A stretch of 62,794 nt of DNA from Candidatus Zixiibacteriota bacterium. Its GTDB lineage: Bacteria; JAAXHH01. Both the position numbers and the translations under genes were made by a program. Location of the stretch: the NCBI GenBank assembly GCA_016867335.1, contig VGJU01000001.1, forward strand, positions 1 through 62,794, read 5' to 3'. The first letter of the stretch is position 1. Every line of letters starts with the position of its first letter. The notes beneath the pieces were generated by a model that was given only the letters and a program-made list of their open reading frames with translations, was not told where the DNA came from and did not search any database. Below are positions 9,153 through 18,355 of this stretch, piece by piece.

Positions 9153-10027
9153 CAAGTAACGGATACGCCCGCCTCCCGGGCGATGCGATGCACGTTGGCT
9201 ACCGCGGTCGGGATACGGTCGTCGGGCAGATGCTCGACCAGCATGTAGCCGGTCGGATACAACGCCTCCCACCGGCGTACCGCAGTCACAAGATCGAGTT
9301 CTCCCTCACCCGGAACCTCTTCGTCGATATGCAGTACCAGCCCGTCGGAGAGTTTGATGTCCTTGATATGGGCGATGGAGGAGATGTCGCCCATCACGTC
9401 GAAGATATGGTCGATACGACTTGTGCTGTTGTAAACCTGTTCGAGCGACTGGAAATGGTTGACAAAATCCATGACCACTTTCATGCGGGACGACCCCACC
9501 GCTTCGATCACCTGTCGGTTGATTTCCGGCGACCCCATGAGGGTCAGTAGATGGGTTTCGATCACGATCGTCATCCCTTCGTGTTCGGCTTTGTCGGCGA
9601 CACGGCGGAGCGTTTCTACAAGCTGTTCGAGTCTTCCGGATTCGATATTTCGGCGTGAAGGGCTGTACGCGCCGGCGGGGTTAAGGCTACCGGTGCGGAT
9701 CAAGGCCATGCCGGCGTTGAGTCTGCATGCCGTCTCAATCCCCCGGTCGATAAGCCGGACGACGTGGTTTCGGGTTTCGGCGTCCGGGTCAAACAAACAT
9801 TCCCTGTATCCGATACCCATTTGTGCCAGTTCGAGACCCTCTTGGGTGTACAGATCGTTGATACCTCGGCAGTCAGGCGCCGTTAGCTCCGAAAGAATGG
9901 GTTCGCCGATGTGATAGCAGACCGTCGTGATGTTCAACGCTCCGGCCCGACGCAGATGTTCGGCAGTGATTGCGCGGGGGTCGCCCGGAACCATGCCAAC
10001 GATGCCGAGACGCATGGGTAACTCCAT
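9152..10027 (-). CDS. sugar phosphate isomerase/epimerase (xylose-isomerase-like TIM barrel)
   Basis: 291-aa ORF with the typical pattern (IVIETH, VMDFVNH, MLVEHL). GGAG lies 8 nt upstream of the ATG. Confidence 0.7.
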   Translation of the reverse strand: MELPMRLGIVGMVPGDPRAITAEHLRRAGALNITTVCYHIGEPILSELTAPDCRGINDLYTQEGLELAQMGIGYRECLFDPDAETRNHVVRLIDRGIETACRLNAGMALIRTGSLNPAGAYSPSRRNIESGRLEQLVETLRRVADKAEHEGMTIVIETHLLTLMGSPEINRQVIEAVGSSRMKVVMDFVNHFQSLEQVYNSTSRIDHIFDVMGDISSIAHIKDIKLSDGLVLHIDEEVPGEGELDLVTAVRRWEALYPTGYMLVEHLPDDRIPTAVANVHRIAREAGVSVT

Positions 10028-10065
10028 AAAAAGAAGTGTGAAGTGTGAAAGGGGTGGTGATGGGA

Positions 10066-13000
10066 TCAGACGACGACTTCAAACCGTGAGCCGATATCGG
10101 GATATTTGGCAACCTCGATACGGGAGGGAAAGGCGTTTTTGAGCCGCTCCAAATGGGTGACGACGATGATCTTCTCGAAGTCTTCCTGAATGCCCTGCAA
10201 GGCGTCCACTAAATGGTCCAACCCTTCGGCGTCTTGCGTACCGAAGCCTTCGTCGATGATCAGCGTGCGAAGACTTGCGCCGGCGCGGCGTGCCAACAGT
10301 TTGGACAGGGCGATGCGCAGGGCGAAGTTGGTGCGAAACGCTTCGCCGCCGGAGAAAAGTTCGTAGGGCCGCGTACCCAACTCGTCGGAAATCTGGATGT
10401 CGAGTGTTTCTTTTGACCCGCCTGTTTTGAGGTTGCGCAGCGGTTCGATGGTAATCTGAGTACGGTTGTCGGTAAGACGGCTCAAAATCGCGTTGGCCTC
10501 TTCTTCGATTTCGGGGATCGCATTTTCGATGATCAGCGCCGGGATGCCGTCCCGGCTAAAGGCGACGGTCAGTTTTTCGTATACCTGCTGGTCTCTGGCG
10601 GCCTGTCGGAGATCCGTTTCAACGGATGGACGTTCTTCGGCCATCTGCCGATATCGGGTGGCTTTTTCTTTTTCCGCGCCAACCTGTTGGTTCGTCTCTC
10701 GCTCTTCCTGTGCGACCGTCTCGCGCAGTTTGCTCAGTTCCTCTATCAGCTGTTCCGTTTCCGTCGTATCTTCGCTTTCACGTTCGAGCGTTTCGATCTG
10801 AGCCGTCAATCCGTCCAGTTCGGTTCTCAACGCCTCGGCAACCTGCAAGCGGTCCGCAAGCATCATCCGCGTCTTGTCATGTTGACGGATCGCCTCATCC
10901 AACTTTTCCTTCTGGCTGGGTGCGTCCTTGAGTTCTTCAAACCGGCGTTCGCAACATTGGGAGTTGGTTTCGTCGTACCTCAGTGCCTCCATGTCGCATT
11001 CCACGTTTTCAAGTTCGGCGCGAAACGCTTCCGCGTATGTCTCGGTTTCCAATTCCCGATCCATATTGGAAATATGTTCCATGACCTTTTCCCGTTCGGC
11101 AACCGCAGTGTCATACCGAGCTTGAGTTTCTTCGAGACGTGACTTTTCCGATTCGAACGTCTGTAACTCGCGTAGTTTGGTTTTGAGCGCCTCGTGTCTA
11201 TCGGGATCGTAGCCCAGCGTTTTGAGCGTTGCCTGACCGGTTTCGATCTCGCGGCGCGCCTCTTTGCCATAATCGCCACGCTCCAGCCGGTTTTGCAGGG
11301 CTTCGACATCCCGGCGCGGTCCACGCGCTTCTGCGGCGGCGGCGATGGCATCTTGAAGCGCCCGATCCGCAGTCGCGATTTCCTGCTGAAGTTGCGGCAA
11401 CGCCTCCAATTGCGGACGGATCGTCTTGAATTTTACCGTCAGTTCTTTTTTCTCCTCTTCCGCAAGCTGGATGCTACGAAGCGACTTGTCTATTTCGACG
11501 GCATGAGCTTGCAAGGTATCGCCTATATTGGCCTCGATGGTTTCACGGCGTCTTTCGTCAAGCGCGGCGTCGCACAGCGGACAGTTGGCCTTTGTTTTTT
11601 GAAGCAGCTCCTTGAGTCGGTCGTTGGCCTCTTCTTCCTGGTGCTTGTACAGCTTGATCTTGTTTTTTTGCATATCGATATGCGCCACCAACTCGCGTCC
11701 GCGTTCTTCTATCTTTTGTTTTTCCTGTTCCTTCCGGCGGAGGTCTTCATCCTGTTCCTTGAGTGCGGCGACCCGTGTTCTGTGCGACTCGATACCCGAA
11801 ACGCGGCGGTCGAGATCTCCCAAACGGTGACGCAGACTGGAAAGCTCGGTCTGCAGAGCGGATTCATCTTGTCTCAGCGTCTCGCGGCACTCGCGCATCC
11901 GAAGGTCGATTTCGTCGTATCTGCGGCGTTTTTTGTCCCACTGTTCGTCGGCGCGACGGGCCAGCAAAAGTCTTTGATAGCCTTCTTCAATCCGGTTTTT
12001 TTTGCCGAGCAATGCCTGTGCTTCTGTCAGGCCCTTTTCCAGTGATTCCCGGCGCGCGATCCACTTTTGCTTTTCCACTTCCCGACCGTGGCGGGCCTGA
12101 AGGATTTTCGTATCGATCTCGTTTTTTCTTCCTTCCAGCCGTCTGAGTCGTTGAAGACTCCGGTTGAGTCTTTCGCGTTCTTCAGTCAGCGCACGGTATT
12201 CGAGAAAGGTTTGTTCGATCACAGCGCGTTCGGAAAGCGTGTGGACAAATTCTTCTATTTCGGCACGCTCACTGGCTATCTGTACATCCATGTCGGATAG
12301 CCTCCTGAGGCGGTTTTGACGTTGCTTCCTCAGGTCGTCCAGCCTTTTCCGTGCCGTGTCCGTCGTGGCAAGACGCACCCGCAGACCGTCCCGCTCTTTA
12401 TCGATTCGCTTGCCTTTTGTGGTAAGCCGTTTGAGATCGGCTTCGAGCGTTTCGATTCGTTTGCGACAGGCCGGTTCCTCTTTGAGCGCCGTGTCGATGT
12501 CGCTCAGACGTCTTCCCCGCTCCGCCGCCGTTCGCCGGGCCGATACGGCGCGTTGCCGACTGCGTTCTTCCAGTTCTTCGTACAGCCACAGCCCCAGAAT
12601 ATCGGCCAGAATTTTTTTGCGGTCGGAAGCGCTACGGCGGGTAAATTCGTCCGCTCTGCCCTGTACGATAAATACCGAGTTGATAAACGTGTCGTACGCC
12701 ATCCGCAGGGTCTGTTCGATAAGACGCTGGGTGGCGGTAAGACTGGGTTGGGTAAGCGAATGAAACCCCTCCGATTCGGGGCTGTAAATCTGAAATTCGA
12801 GCGCGCTTTTGCCGCCGCGTGTGGGGCGGTACTGTCGCAGGACGCGATACCGGTCGCGATGCGTTTCGGTTTGGACATCGAACTCGAATTCGACCGCCAT
12901 CTCACCGGCGCCTTTACGAAGCAGGTCGTCGTCGGGTTTGCGCGCACCTGCGGCCTTTCGCGCCTCTCCCCATACCGCCCAGGTCATGGCGTCGAGCAGG

Positions 13001-13122
13001 GCGGATTTGCCGTGTCCGTTGTCTCCGGAGAGACATACGACGTGAAGCGGTGTAAAATCGAGCGGAGGCACCTCTTCGCCATAACTCAGAAAATTGCGCA
13101 AGGACAGACGGACCGGGATCAT
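10066..13122 (-). CDS. sbcC: SbcC/Rad50-family DNA repair ATPase
   Basis: 1018 aa with Walker A GDNGHGKSALLDA, a long coiled coil with a CPLC zinc hook, signature LFSGGEAFR, Walker B LIIDEGFG and H-loop VVTH. Confidence 0.92.
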   Translation of the reverse strand: MIPVRLSLRNFLSYGEEVPPLDFTPLHVVCLSGDNGHGKSALLDAMTWAVWGEARKAAGARKPDDDLLRKGAGEMAVEFEFDVQTETHRDRYRVLRQYRPTRGGKSALEFQIYSPESEGFHSLTQPSLTATQRLIEQTLRMAYDTFINSVFIVQGRADEFTRRSASDRKKILADILGLWLYEELEERSRQRAVSARRTAAERGRRLSDIDTALKEEPACRKRIETLEADLKRLTTKGKRIDKERDGLRVRLATTDTARKRLDDLRKQRQNRLRRLSDMDVQIASERAEIEEFVHTLSERAVIEQTFLEYRALTEERERLNRSLQRLRRLEGRKNEIDTKILQARHGREVEKQKWIARRESLEKGLTEAQALLGKKNRIEEGYQRLLLARRADEQWDKKRRRYDEIDLRMRECRETLRQDESALQTELSSLRHRLGDLDRRVSGIESHRTRVAALKEQDEDLRRKEQEKQKIEERGRELVAHIDMQKNKIKLYKHQEEEANDRLKELLQKTKANCPLCDAALDERRRETIEANIGDTLQAHAVEIDKSLRSIQLAEEEKKELTVKFKTIRPQLEALPQLQQEIATADRALQDAIAAAAEARGPRRDVEALQNRLERGDYGKEARREIETGQATLKTLGYDPDRHEALKTKLRELQTFESEKSRLEETQARYDTAVAEREKVMEHISNMDRELETETYAEAFRAELENVECDMEALRYDETNSQCCERRFEELKDAPSQKEKLDEAIRQHDKTRMMLADRLQVAEALRTELDGLTAQIETLERESEDTTETEQLIEELSKLRETVAQEERETNQQVGAEKEKATRYRQMAEERPSVETDLRQAARDQQVYEKLTVAFSRDGIPALIIENAIPEIEEEANAILSRLTDNRTQITIEPLRNLKTGGSKETLDIQISDELGTRPYELFSGGEAFRTNFALRIALSKLLARRAGASLRTLIIDEGFGTQDAEGLDHLVDALQGIQEDFEKIIVVTHLERLKNAFPSRIEVAKYPDIGSRFEVVV

Positions 13123-13125
13123 GGC

Positions 13126-14094
13126 CTATATCTGCCCTCTCCAGTAGTCGAGACACTCGGAGAGCGTTTCCTGCCAGTTATAACGGGGTGTCCATCCGGT
13201 GGCTTCGCGAAACCGGGTGCTGTCGCCGATCAGAATGGGCACGTCGGACGGGCGGACACGCGCCGGATCTTCGCGGGTTGTAATACGGACAGGGGTAAGA
13301 CCGGTCAGGTAGTCGAGCATATCTTGCACGCACAGCCCTATGCCGGAGCAGATGTTGTACGCCTCGCCCCACACACAGCCCCCGTCCAGGCTCATCCAGT
13401 AGGCCCGGACGATATCCCGTACGTGCGTCATGTCTCGGATGGGGGTGAGGTTGCCATGCTCGATGACCGGTTCGCGCATCCCTTTTTCGATTTGCGCAAT
13501 CTGTATGCTAAAGGTGGCTTCGGAAAACGCCTCGTGTCGGCGTGCGCCACTGTGGTTGAACGCCCGTGTGCGGACGATTTTCATGCCGTAGTTTCGGGCA
13601 TACTGATACCCCAGCATGTCCTGACTGATTTTGCTGCACGCATAAGGAGAAAGCGGACGAAACGAGTTGGTTTCTTTGACGGGAATTTCGTCGGGTAGCA
13701 CCAAACCGTACTGTTCGCTGCTTCCGCATATCTGAATCCGACATTCGGGCGCGGTCTGTCGAAGCGCTTCGAACAGGTTGATCTGTCCGATGACGTTGAC
13801 TTTCATACATTCTGCCGGGGCAAGCCGCGAGGTGGGTACATGCGACATGGCGGCGGTATGAAAACAACGGTCCGGAGTATGTCTTCTCAAGAGGTCGTAC
13901 TGGCTGTGTGCGTCGGCAAGGTCACCGATTTCCCAATGAACGCGCGGATGCTGGAGCAGATGGGTGACGTTTCTGAGATCGGAGCGGTCTCGGCGCATCG
14001 CTACCACATCGTAATCGGGGTGGTTCTCCAAGATGTAGTCGATCATCGTACTGCCGACCATGCCGGTCGCGCCGGTTACCAGTGCGGAGGGCAT
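13126..14094 (-). CDS. extended SDR NAD-dependent epimerase/dehydratase, GDP-6-deoxy-mannose reductase (Rmd)/GMD-like
   Basis: 322 aa with Rossmann motif VTGATGMVGS and the catalytic YACSK (Yx3K). 3-nt gaps separate it from both the sbcD stop and the sbcC start. Confidence 0.8.
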   Translation of the reverse strand: MPSALVTGATGMVGSTMIDYILENHPDYDVVAMRRDRSDLRNVTHLLQHPRVHWEIGDLADAHSQYDLLRRHTPDRCFHTAAMSHVPTSRLAPAECMKVNVIGQINLFEALRQTAPECRIQICGSSEQYGLVLPDEIPVKETNSFRPLSPYACSKISQDMLGYQYARNYGMKIVRTRAFNHSGARRHEAFSEATFSIQIAQIEKGMREPVIEHGNLTPIRDMTHVRDIVRAYWMSLDGGCVWGEAYNICSGIGLCVQDMLDYLTGLTPVRITTREDPARVRPSDVPILIGDSTRFREATGWTPRYNWQETLSECLDYWRGQI

Positions 14095-14097
14095 GGT

Positions 14098-15369
14098 TTA
14101 TTCTCTTTCGTCCGACATCGACCCAGTCGTATGGCCTTGTCGTTCCATAAAAAGTTCGTGTTCGAGTTGGCGCGCACCGGCTTTCATGTCGTCTGCAAAG
14201 GGTTCGAGATCGCCGTTGTTCTCGAAGTACCGATCGAGCGCGTCCATAAGTCCCATTTCCTCGGAGACGGCCGCACGACGCACCCGTTCCTGCACTTCCG
14301 TCTTGCGAACGATGGCGGAGACCACAAAGGCGTCTTCGAGCGCAGTCCGGATACTTTTTACATCCACCAAATGCTGACGATCTTCCGGTGTGGAGTAGAT
14401 GATCCGCACCACGGCTTCTTTGAGGTCGTGACGCCCGATTTCGCGGAGTATGCACTCCGTAGGCGCATCGTCGGAGGCCGTATCCACCTCGATGGTGACA
14501 AAAGGACGCGCGGGTGTCGCCACAAACCGGAAAGAGGTCCGGCCTTTGGTTTCATGTTCGACGATACAAAAACCGCACGACTCGTGTTCCTCGCCAAAAT
14601 CCACCCGTTCGATACTGCCGGGGTAGACGACGTGCGGATTGCCCGCCGGGTTCAGATCCTGAAATTTGTGGATATGACCGAGCGCTACATAGTCGAAGGC
14701 CGGATTGGCAAGCACGCCGGTGAGTATGGTCGGGTCGTGACCGATGACGGCGGAGCGTTCCGTGCCGGCAAGACGCGCATCCGTAGCCGCGATATGCGCC
14801 ATGAGAAACGAGGGCAACAAAGGGTCCATCTCGTCGGCAAACGACTGTATGATCCGCGAACACAGATCTTCGATCAGGACGCGAACTTCGGTTTCCGGAA
14901 GATTTTTGTACTGTTCCTTGGTCAGGAGATTGCTTTTGGTAGGCCAAGGTAGACAGGCCACTTGAACAGGACCGTTTCGTGTAGGCACTACGATCCGTTC
15001 GGGTCTGGCGACAACCGTCGTTCCGGTGGAGCCGAGCGTTCCGAAAATGTCGATCGAAGAAGCCTTGCCAAAGGCCACCGGGTTGTCGTGGTTGCCTACG
15101 ATCATCACCACTGGGATCCCGTTGTCTTCGAACCGGCGGAACTGGGCCGCCAGTTCGCGCTGGTGCGTGGGGTTGGGGTCGCAGGTCCGGTAGGCGTCGC
15201 CGGAGAAAAGGACGAGATCTATCTGCTCTTCCAGCGCCGTATCCACGACAAACCGGAGACAGCGCACAAAATCCTGCAACCGGGTATGGAGTCCCGTATC
15301 GGGGTCAATACGCCCGTAGTTTTCCATGCCGATATGGATGTCTGCAAGATGCAGGGCTTTGATAGGCAT
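14098..15369 (-). CDS. sbcD: SbcD/Mre11-family nuclease
   Basis: Track ORF trimmed to MPIKALHLADIHIG. Carries the FSGDAY and GNHDNP calcineurin-like phosphoesterase motifs. Confidence 0.9.
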   Translation of the reverse strand: MPIKALHLADIHIGMENYGRIDPDTGLHTRLQDFVRCLRFVVDTALEEQIDLVLFSGDAYRTCDPNPTHQRELAAQFRRFEDNGIPVVMIVGNHDNPVAFGKASSIDIFGTLGSTGTTVVARPERIVVPTRNGPVQVACLPWPTKSNLLTKEQYKNLPETEVRVLIEDLCSRIIQSFADEMDPLLPSFLMAHIAATDARLAGTERSAVIGHDPTILTGVLANPAFDYVALGHIHKFQDLNPAGNPHVVYPGSIERVDFGEEHESCGFCIVEHETKGRTSFRFVATPARPFVTIEVDTASDDAPTECILREIGRHDLKEAVVRIIYSTPEDRQHLVDVKSIRTALEDAFVVSAIVRKTEVQERVRRAAVSEEMGLMDALDRYFENNGDLEPFADDMKAGARQLEHELFMERQGHTTGSMSDERE

Positions 15370-15384
15370 GAGAAAAGCGAAAAG

Positions 15385-15412
15385 TAAGGGTGAAGTTTGG
15401 AAGGGTGAAAGC
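15385..15412 (+). repeat. tandem purine-rich 14-nt unit (AAGGGTGAAGTTTG / AAGGGTGAAAGC)
   Basis: tAAGGGTGAAGTTTGgAAGGGTGAAAGc. The exact 14-mer AAGGGTGAAGTTTG recurs, inverted, at 32867-32880. Confidence 0.8.
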
Positions 15413-15552
15413 GTTTTTCGTCCGTAGCGAAAACGCGTTGGAGCGTCATTTCTCGGATATGCGAGACACCGCCGAAATTCGTGTTTAGTATACACCTTGC
15501 CGGGACCGGTGTCAATCGTAAATTTGTCGGTTCTGTGGACGCGGTTCCGGGT

Positions 15553-16707
15553 TTACACAGGGTTTTCGTCGAGTCTTTCCAATGTCGCCGCGACCAGCGA
15601 CACCGTTTCCTCCAGCCCTTCGGGTTCCAAAAGATCGAGGGTATCCTGCGGGGTATGCACATGTCGAATCTTTTTCGATACACCGACCAGGCTGGTCGCG
15701 GTAAATCCGGCCCGGCTAAACGGGATATGGTCGAGCAAAAAACCCGGTGGCATTCGGCTGGGTTTTGCCGATATGTCCAGCCGTGTTGCGGTTTGTTGCA
15801 ACAGACGAGCAAAACGACTTCTCGGAAGAGACAGCATCCGCGCTCCTTCCATGATGCGCAGCGATCCCCTTACGCCGACCCCGTCCAAGTTGAGTATCCA
15901 CGTCCGTTGTGGATCGAGCGAGGTCTTTGCCCGCCCCGCAAGCCAAGTCGAGCCGAGCAGTCCCAATTCTTGGGCTCCGACAGCCACAAAAACGGGTTGT
16001 ATGTTTTTCCATGCGCGTCCTTGAAACTTTTCCGCAAGCGCCAACAGCACATCTACGCTGCCGGCATTGTCCAGCCCACCGGGTGAGCGGTTTTCGGTTC
16101 TCATGCCCAGCAACACCAACCCCACTCCGATCGCGGCGACCCACAACACGACGGCGACCCACGAAACCGGTGCAACGCCGAGCAACGCATTCGATCCGGG
16201 ATACAGCCCCACGGCAAGATGTACACCGCTAAACCCTGCCATCCCGGCGATCAGGACGACGATCAACGCGATCCGCTGCCGAATCGACAGGGTTTGGCTT
16301 TTGGTGTCGTAATGCGCCGTAAAATAGACGGTAAAAGCCCGGTGGGGGCTGGGGGAGGAGGCTATGAGGTTGGCGGAATGATACAGCGGCGCGCGGTTGT
16401 CGGTTTTCCGAGAGACGCGGCGACGCCAGAGCCGGTCCATAGCGGGCAGGATGATAAACGGCGCGGCACTGCACGATGAGGCGACAAGCGGCGCATACGG
16501 AGCGACGCTTCCGTCGGTAATAAGCAAAACGATACAAAGACTCAGCCCGGCGCGGATCCAGCCCCACGGCGTTTCCCACACGGGAAAGCGGTCGGTTTCG
16601 GTTGGGTATCCGAGCGACCGAAAGGTTTGGGCGATAAAATCGGCGGCCTCCCGTTCTCCCCAACGCCCTGTAAGACGCGGAAACGCGATCCGGGAAGCAT
16701 ATTTCAT
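15553..16707 (-). CDS. membrane-embedded M28-family zinc peptidase
   Basis: 384 aa with FTAHYDTKSQ and GAQELGLLGS peptidase motifs, and several hydrophobic helices inserted between the N- and C-terminal halves. Confidence 0.7.
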   Translation of the reverse strand: MKYASRIAFPRLTGRWGEREAADFIAQTFRSLGYPTETDRFPVWETPWGWIRAGLSLCIVLLITDGSVAPYAPLVASSCSAAPFIILPAMDRLWRRRVSRKTDNRAPLYHSANLIASSPSPHRAFTVYFTAHYDTKSQTLSIRQRIALIVVLIAGMAGFSGVHLAVGLYPGSNALLGVAPVSWVAVVLWVAAIGVGLVLLGMRTENRSPGGLDNAGSVDVLLALAEKFQGRAWKNIQPVFVAVGAQELGLLGSTWLAGRAKTSLDPQRTWILNLDGVGVRGSLRIMEGARMLSLPRSRFARLLQQTATRLDISAKPSRMPPGFLLDHIPFSRAGFTATSLVGVSKKIRHVHTPQDTLDLLEPEGLEETVSLVAATLERLDENPV

Positions 16708-16717
16708 TCTTTCTCCT

Positions 16718-17290
16718 TTACCCTTGCTCTTCGATCACTTCGGCGGCAAACACAAAAACCTCCGTTTCCGGATCTTTCCACGCATCCGGCCACAGACCGG
16801 CTTTCTCGCAGGTATGGATCAGAAAGGTTTCGGCGTCCCACTGATACGTTTGGGCCACCTGTGGCAGCAGTAGCCCGGAAAATCCGGATCGCCGGACATA
16901 CAGTCCATGACGACCGATTCGGACAGCGGCAGGGTCTTCGAGAGGAACAAAAGCTCCCATCACCGAGACTTCTATGGAAAGCGCATCGAGTTCGTCCGGC
17001 TGGACACGGGCAAAACGGGGATCGCGTGTCGCCGCGCCGACCGCCGCCTGTTCGACGACCTCGTACAACGGACGGGCGGATGGCAACTGGCCGACACACC
17101 CGCGCAGACGCCCATTGCGGTGTAGTGTCACAAACGCGCCCCCCGGCAGGGCAAGACGCGCCGATATCTCCAGCGGAGGCCAAGACGCCGTTTCGCTTGG
17201 CAACACTGTTTTTCGCACCGCATCGCGAGCGATACGGAGCAGGAGCGTTTTTTCGTCGTCGGTCAGGGGAGCGGGGTCGATAGGAGGCAT
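16718..17290 (-). CDS. amrA: AmmeMemoRadiSam system protein A (AMMECR1 domain)
   Basis: 190 aa with LLLRIARDAV and GAFVTLHRNGRLRGCVG. Confidence 0.85.
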   Translation of the reverse strand: MPPIDPAPLTDDEKTLLLRIARDAVRKTVLPSETASWPPLEISARLALPGGAFVTLHRNGRLRGCVGQLPSARPLYEVVEQAAVGAATRDPRFARVQPDELDALSIEVSVMGAFVPLEDPAAVRIGRHGLYVRRSGFSGLLLPQVAQTYQWDAETFLIHTCEKAGLWPDAWKDPETEVFVFAAEVIEEQG

Positions 17291-18144
17291 TTACGCTCCG
17301 GGACTGGGGTGGCATAAAACGCCGCCGCGCCATATCCGACCATATAGCCGTCGCGTCGTCCGGTGATGTCCGCCGAAGTGGTATGCGTCAGGATGTCCGC
17401 TTGGCTCCCCGGCATCCGTCGCGCAAGATGCTGGGCAACAGCGATGGGACCGCCGCCGCACGCCTGAAAGACGCCTGACGCCAGTCCGTCCGAAAACGCC
17501 TGAGGGTCGAGTTGTACGACGCCTTCCAGCGTCCGTCGGTCGGAGGCGTGGCATTCGGCGTAGTCGTATCCGTGATACAGATCGGAACTGGCCACGATAA
17601 GGACGGGTGTATTGCCCGACGCAACAACGATAGCGTCTGCCAGTCGCGCGCATTCGGTCGGTGTTCGGGTTCCCATCACCAAGGGAACCAGCGTCCATCC
17701 CGGCGCAAGGGCATGTTGAAGAAAAGGCAGTTCGACTTCGATACCGTGTTCCTCGCGGTGTCCGGCTTCCCACGCGCGGATCAGGTCGGGTGTAGCATCG
17801 AGAAGTATTCGGCAGCGCTCACGGTCGATCGGGATATCGCCGAGCGGGGTGCGGTAGGCGTCGCCGGGGTAGACCGTCACACCGCTAAAAAAGTCAAAAT
17901 GGCTTGGCCCGACGACAAAGACGGTTTCGAACGCTTGTCCGGCGACCTGTCCAAACGCGGCGGCGGCAGTGGAACCGGAGTAGACGTATCCGGCATGGGG
18001 TGCGACAAGCGCCGTGACCGTCGCGGTGGAAGACTGCGGAGCGGTGTCAAGCAACTCGGCGACTTGACGTTTCAACACCGCAGGTTCGGCGGGATAAAAA
18101 CGGCCTTCGGCTGAAGACGGACGTATGGTGCGAGAGACAGGCAT
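17263..18144 (-). CDS. amrB: AmmeMemoRadiSam system protein B (MEMO1 family)
   Basis: Track ORF trimmed to MPVSRTIRPSSAEGRFYPAEP. Carries LVAPHAGYVYSG. 28-nt overlap with amrA. Confidence 0.8.
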   Translation of the reverse strand: MPVSRTIRPSSAEGRFYPAEPAVLKRQVAELLDTAPQSSTATVTALVAPHAGYVYSGSTAAAAFGQVAGQAFETVFVVGPSHFDFFSGVTVYPGDAYRTPLGDIPIDRERCRILLDATPDLIRAWEAGHREEHGIEVELPFLQHALAPGWTLVPLVMGTRTPTECARLADAIVVASGNTPVLIVASSDLYHGYDYAECHASDRRTLEGVVQLDPQAFSDGLASGVFQACGGGPIAVAQHLARRMPGSQADILTHTTSADITGRRDGYMVGYGAAAFYATPVPERKCLLSTPLP

Positions 18145-18285
18145 AACAGGGTTCAAAACGAGGTTTGAAGGGTAAAGAAAATCTGTAAACGGACGACGAT
18201 AATATACGTCCGTTTTATGCGGAACGCATGGGCAAAGTCGCGGCGTATACAAGAAAGGACACGCGACAGGCGATAAAGTTGACCA

Positions 18286-18314
18286 TTGACAACCCGTTTT
18301 CGGTGCGGTATACT
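18286..18314 (+). promoter_or_regulatory. sigma70-type promoter candidate
   Basis: TTGACA (18286-18291), a 17-nt spacer, then TATACT (18309-18314). It lies 42 nt upstream of the cyclase ATG. Confidence 0.55.
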
Positions 18315-18355
18315 AATGGGTTGTTCATTCCATAATAACATAAACGGGATAACAT

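Noticed and set aside
12316-13698. Long ORFs antisense to, or frame-shifted from, recognised genes. Examples: 12316-13698, 13840-14952, 22544-23701, 25087-26727, 39261-40259, 43254-44342, 45244-46761, 45312-46430, 49545-50993, 57988-59271, 10-825
   Set aside because: They have Arg/Gly/Ser/Pro-rich low-complexity translations with no family motifs. Each overlaps a gene with clear motifs. Such shadow ORFs are typical of GC-rich DNA.
10066-15369. The SbcC/SbcD-like pair as an SMC-type anti-phage system (Lamassu/Wadjet-like) rather than repair SbcCD
   Set aside because: The motifs, sizes (1018 and 424 aa) and CPLC hook are those of canonical SbcCD. No extra effector or kleisin-like genes are present, and the inserted gene is a sugar-nucleotide SDR.
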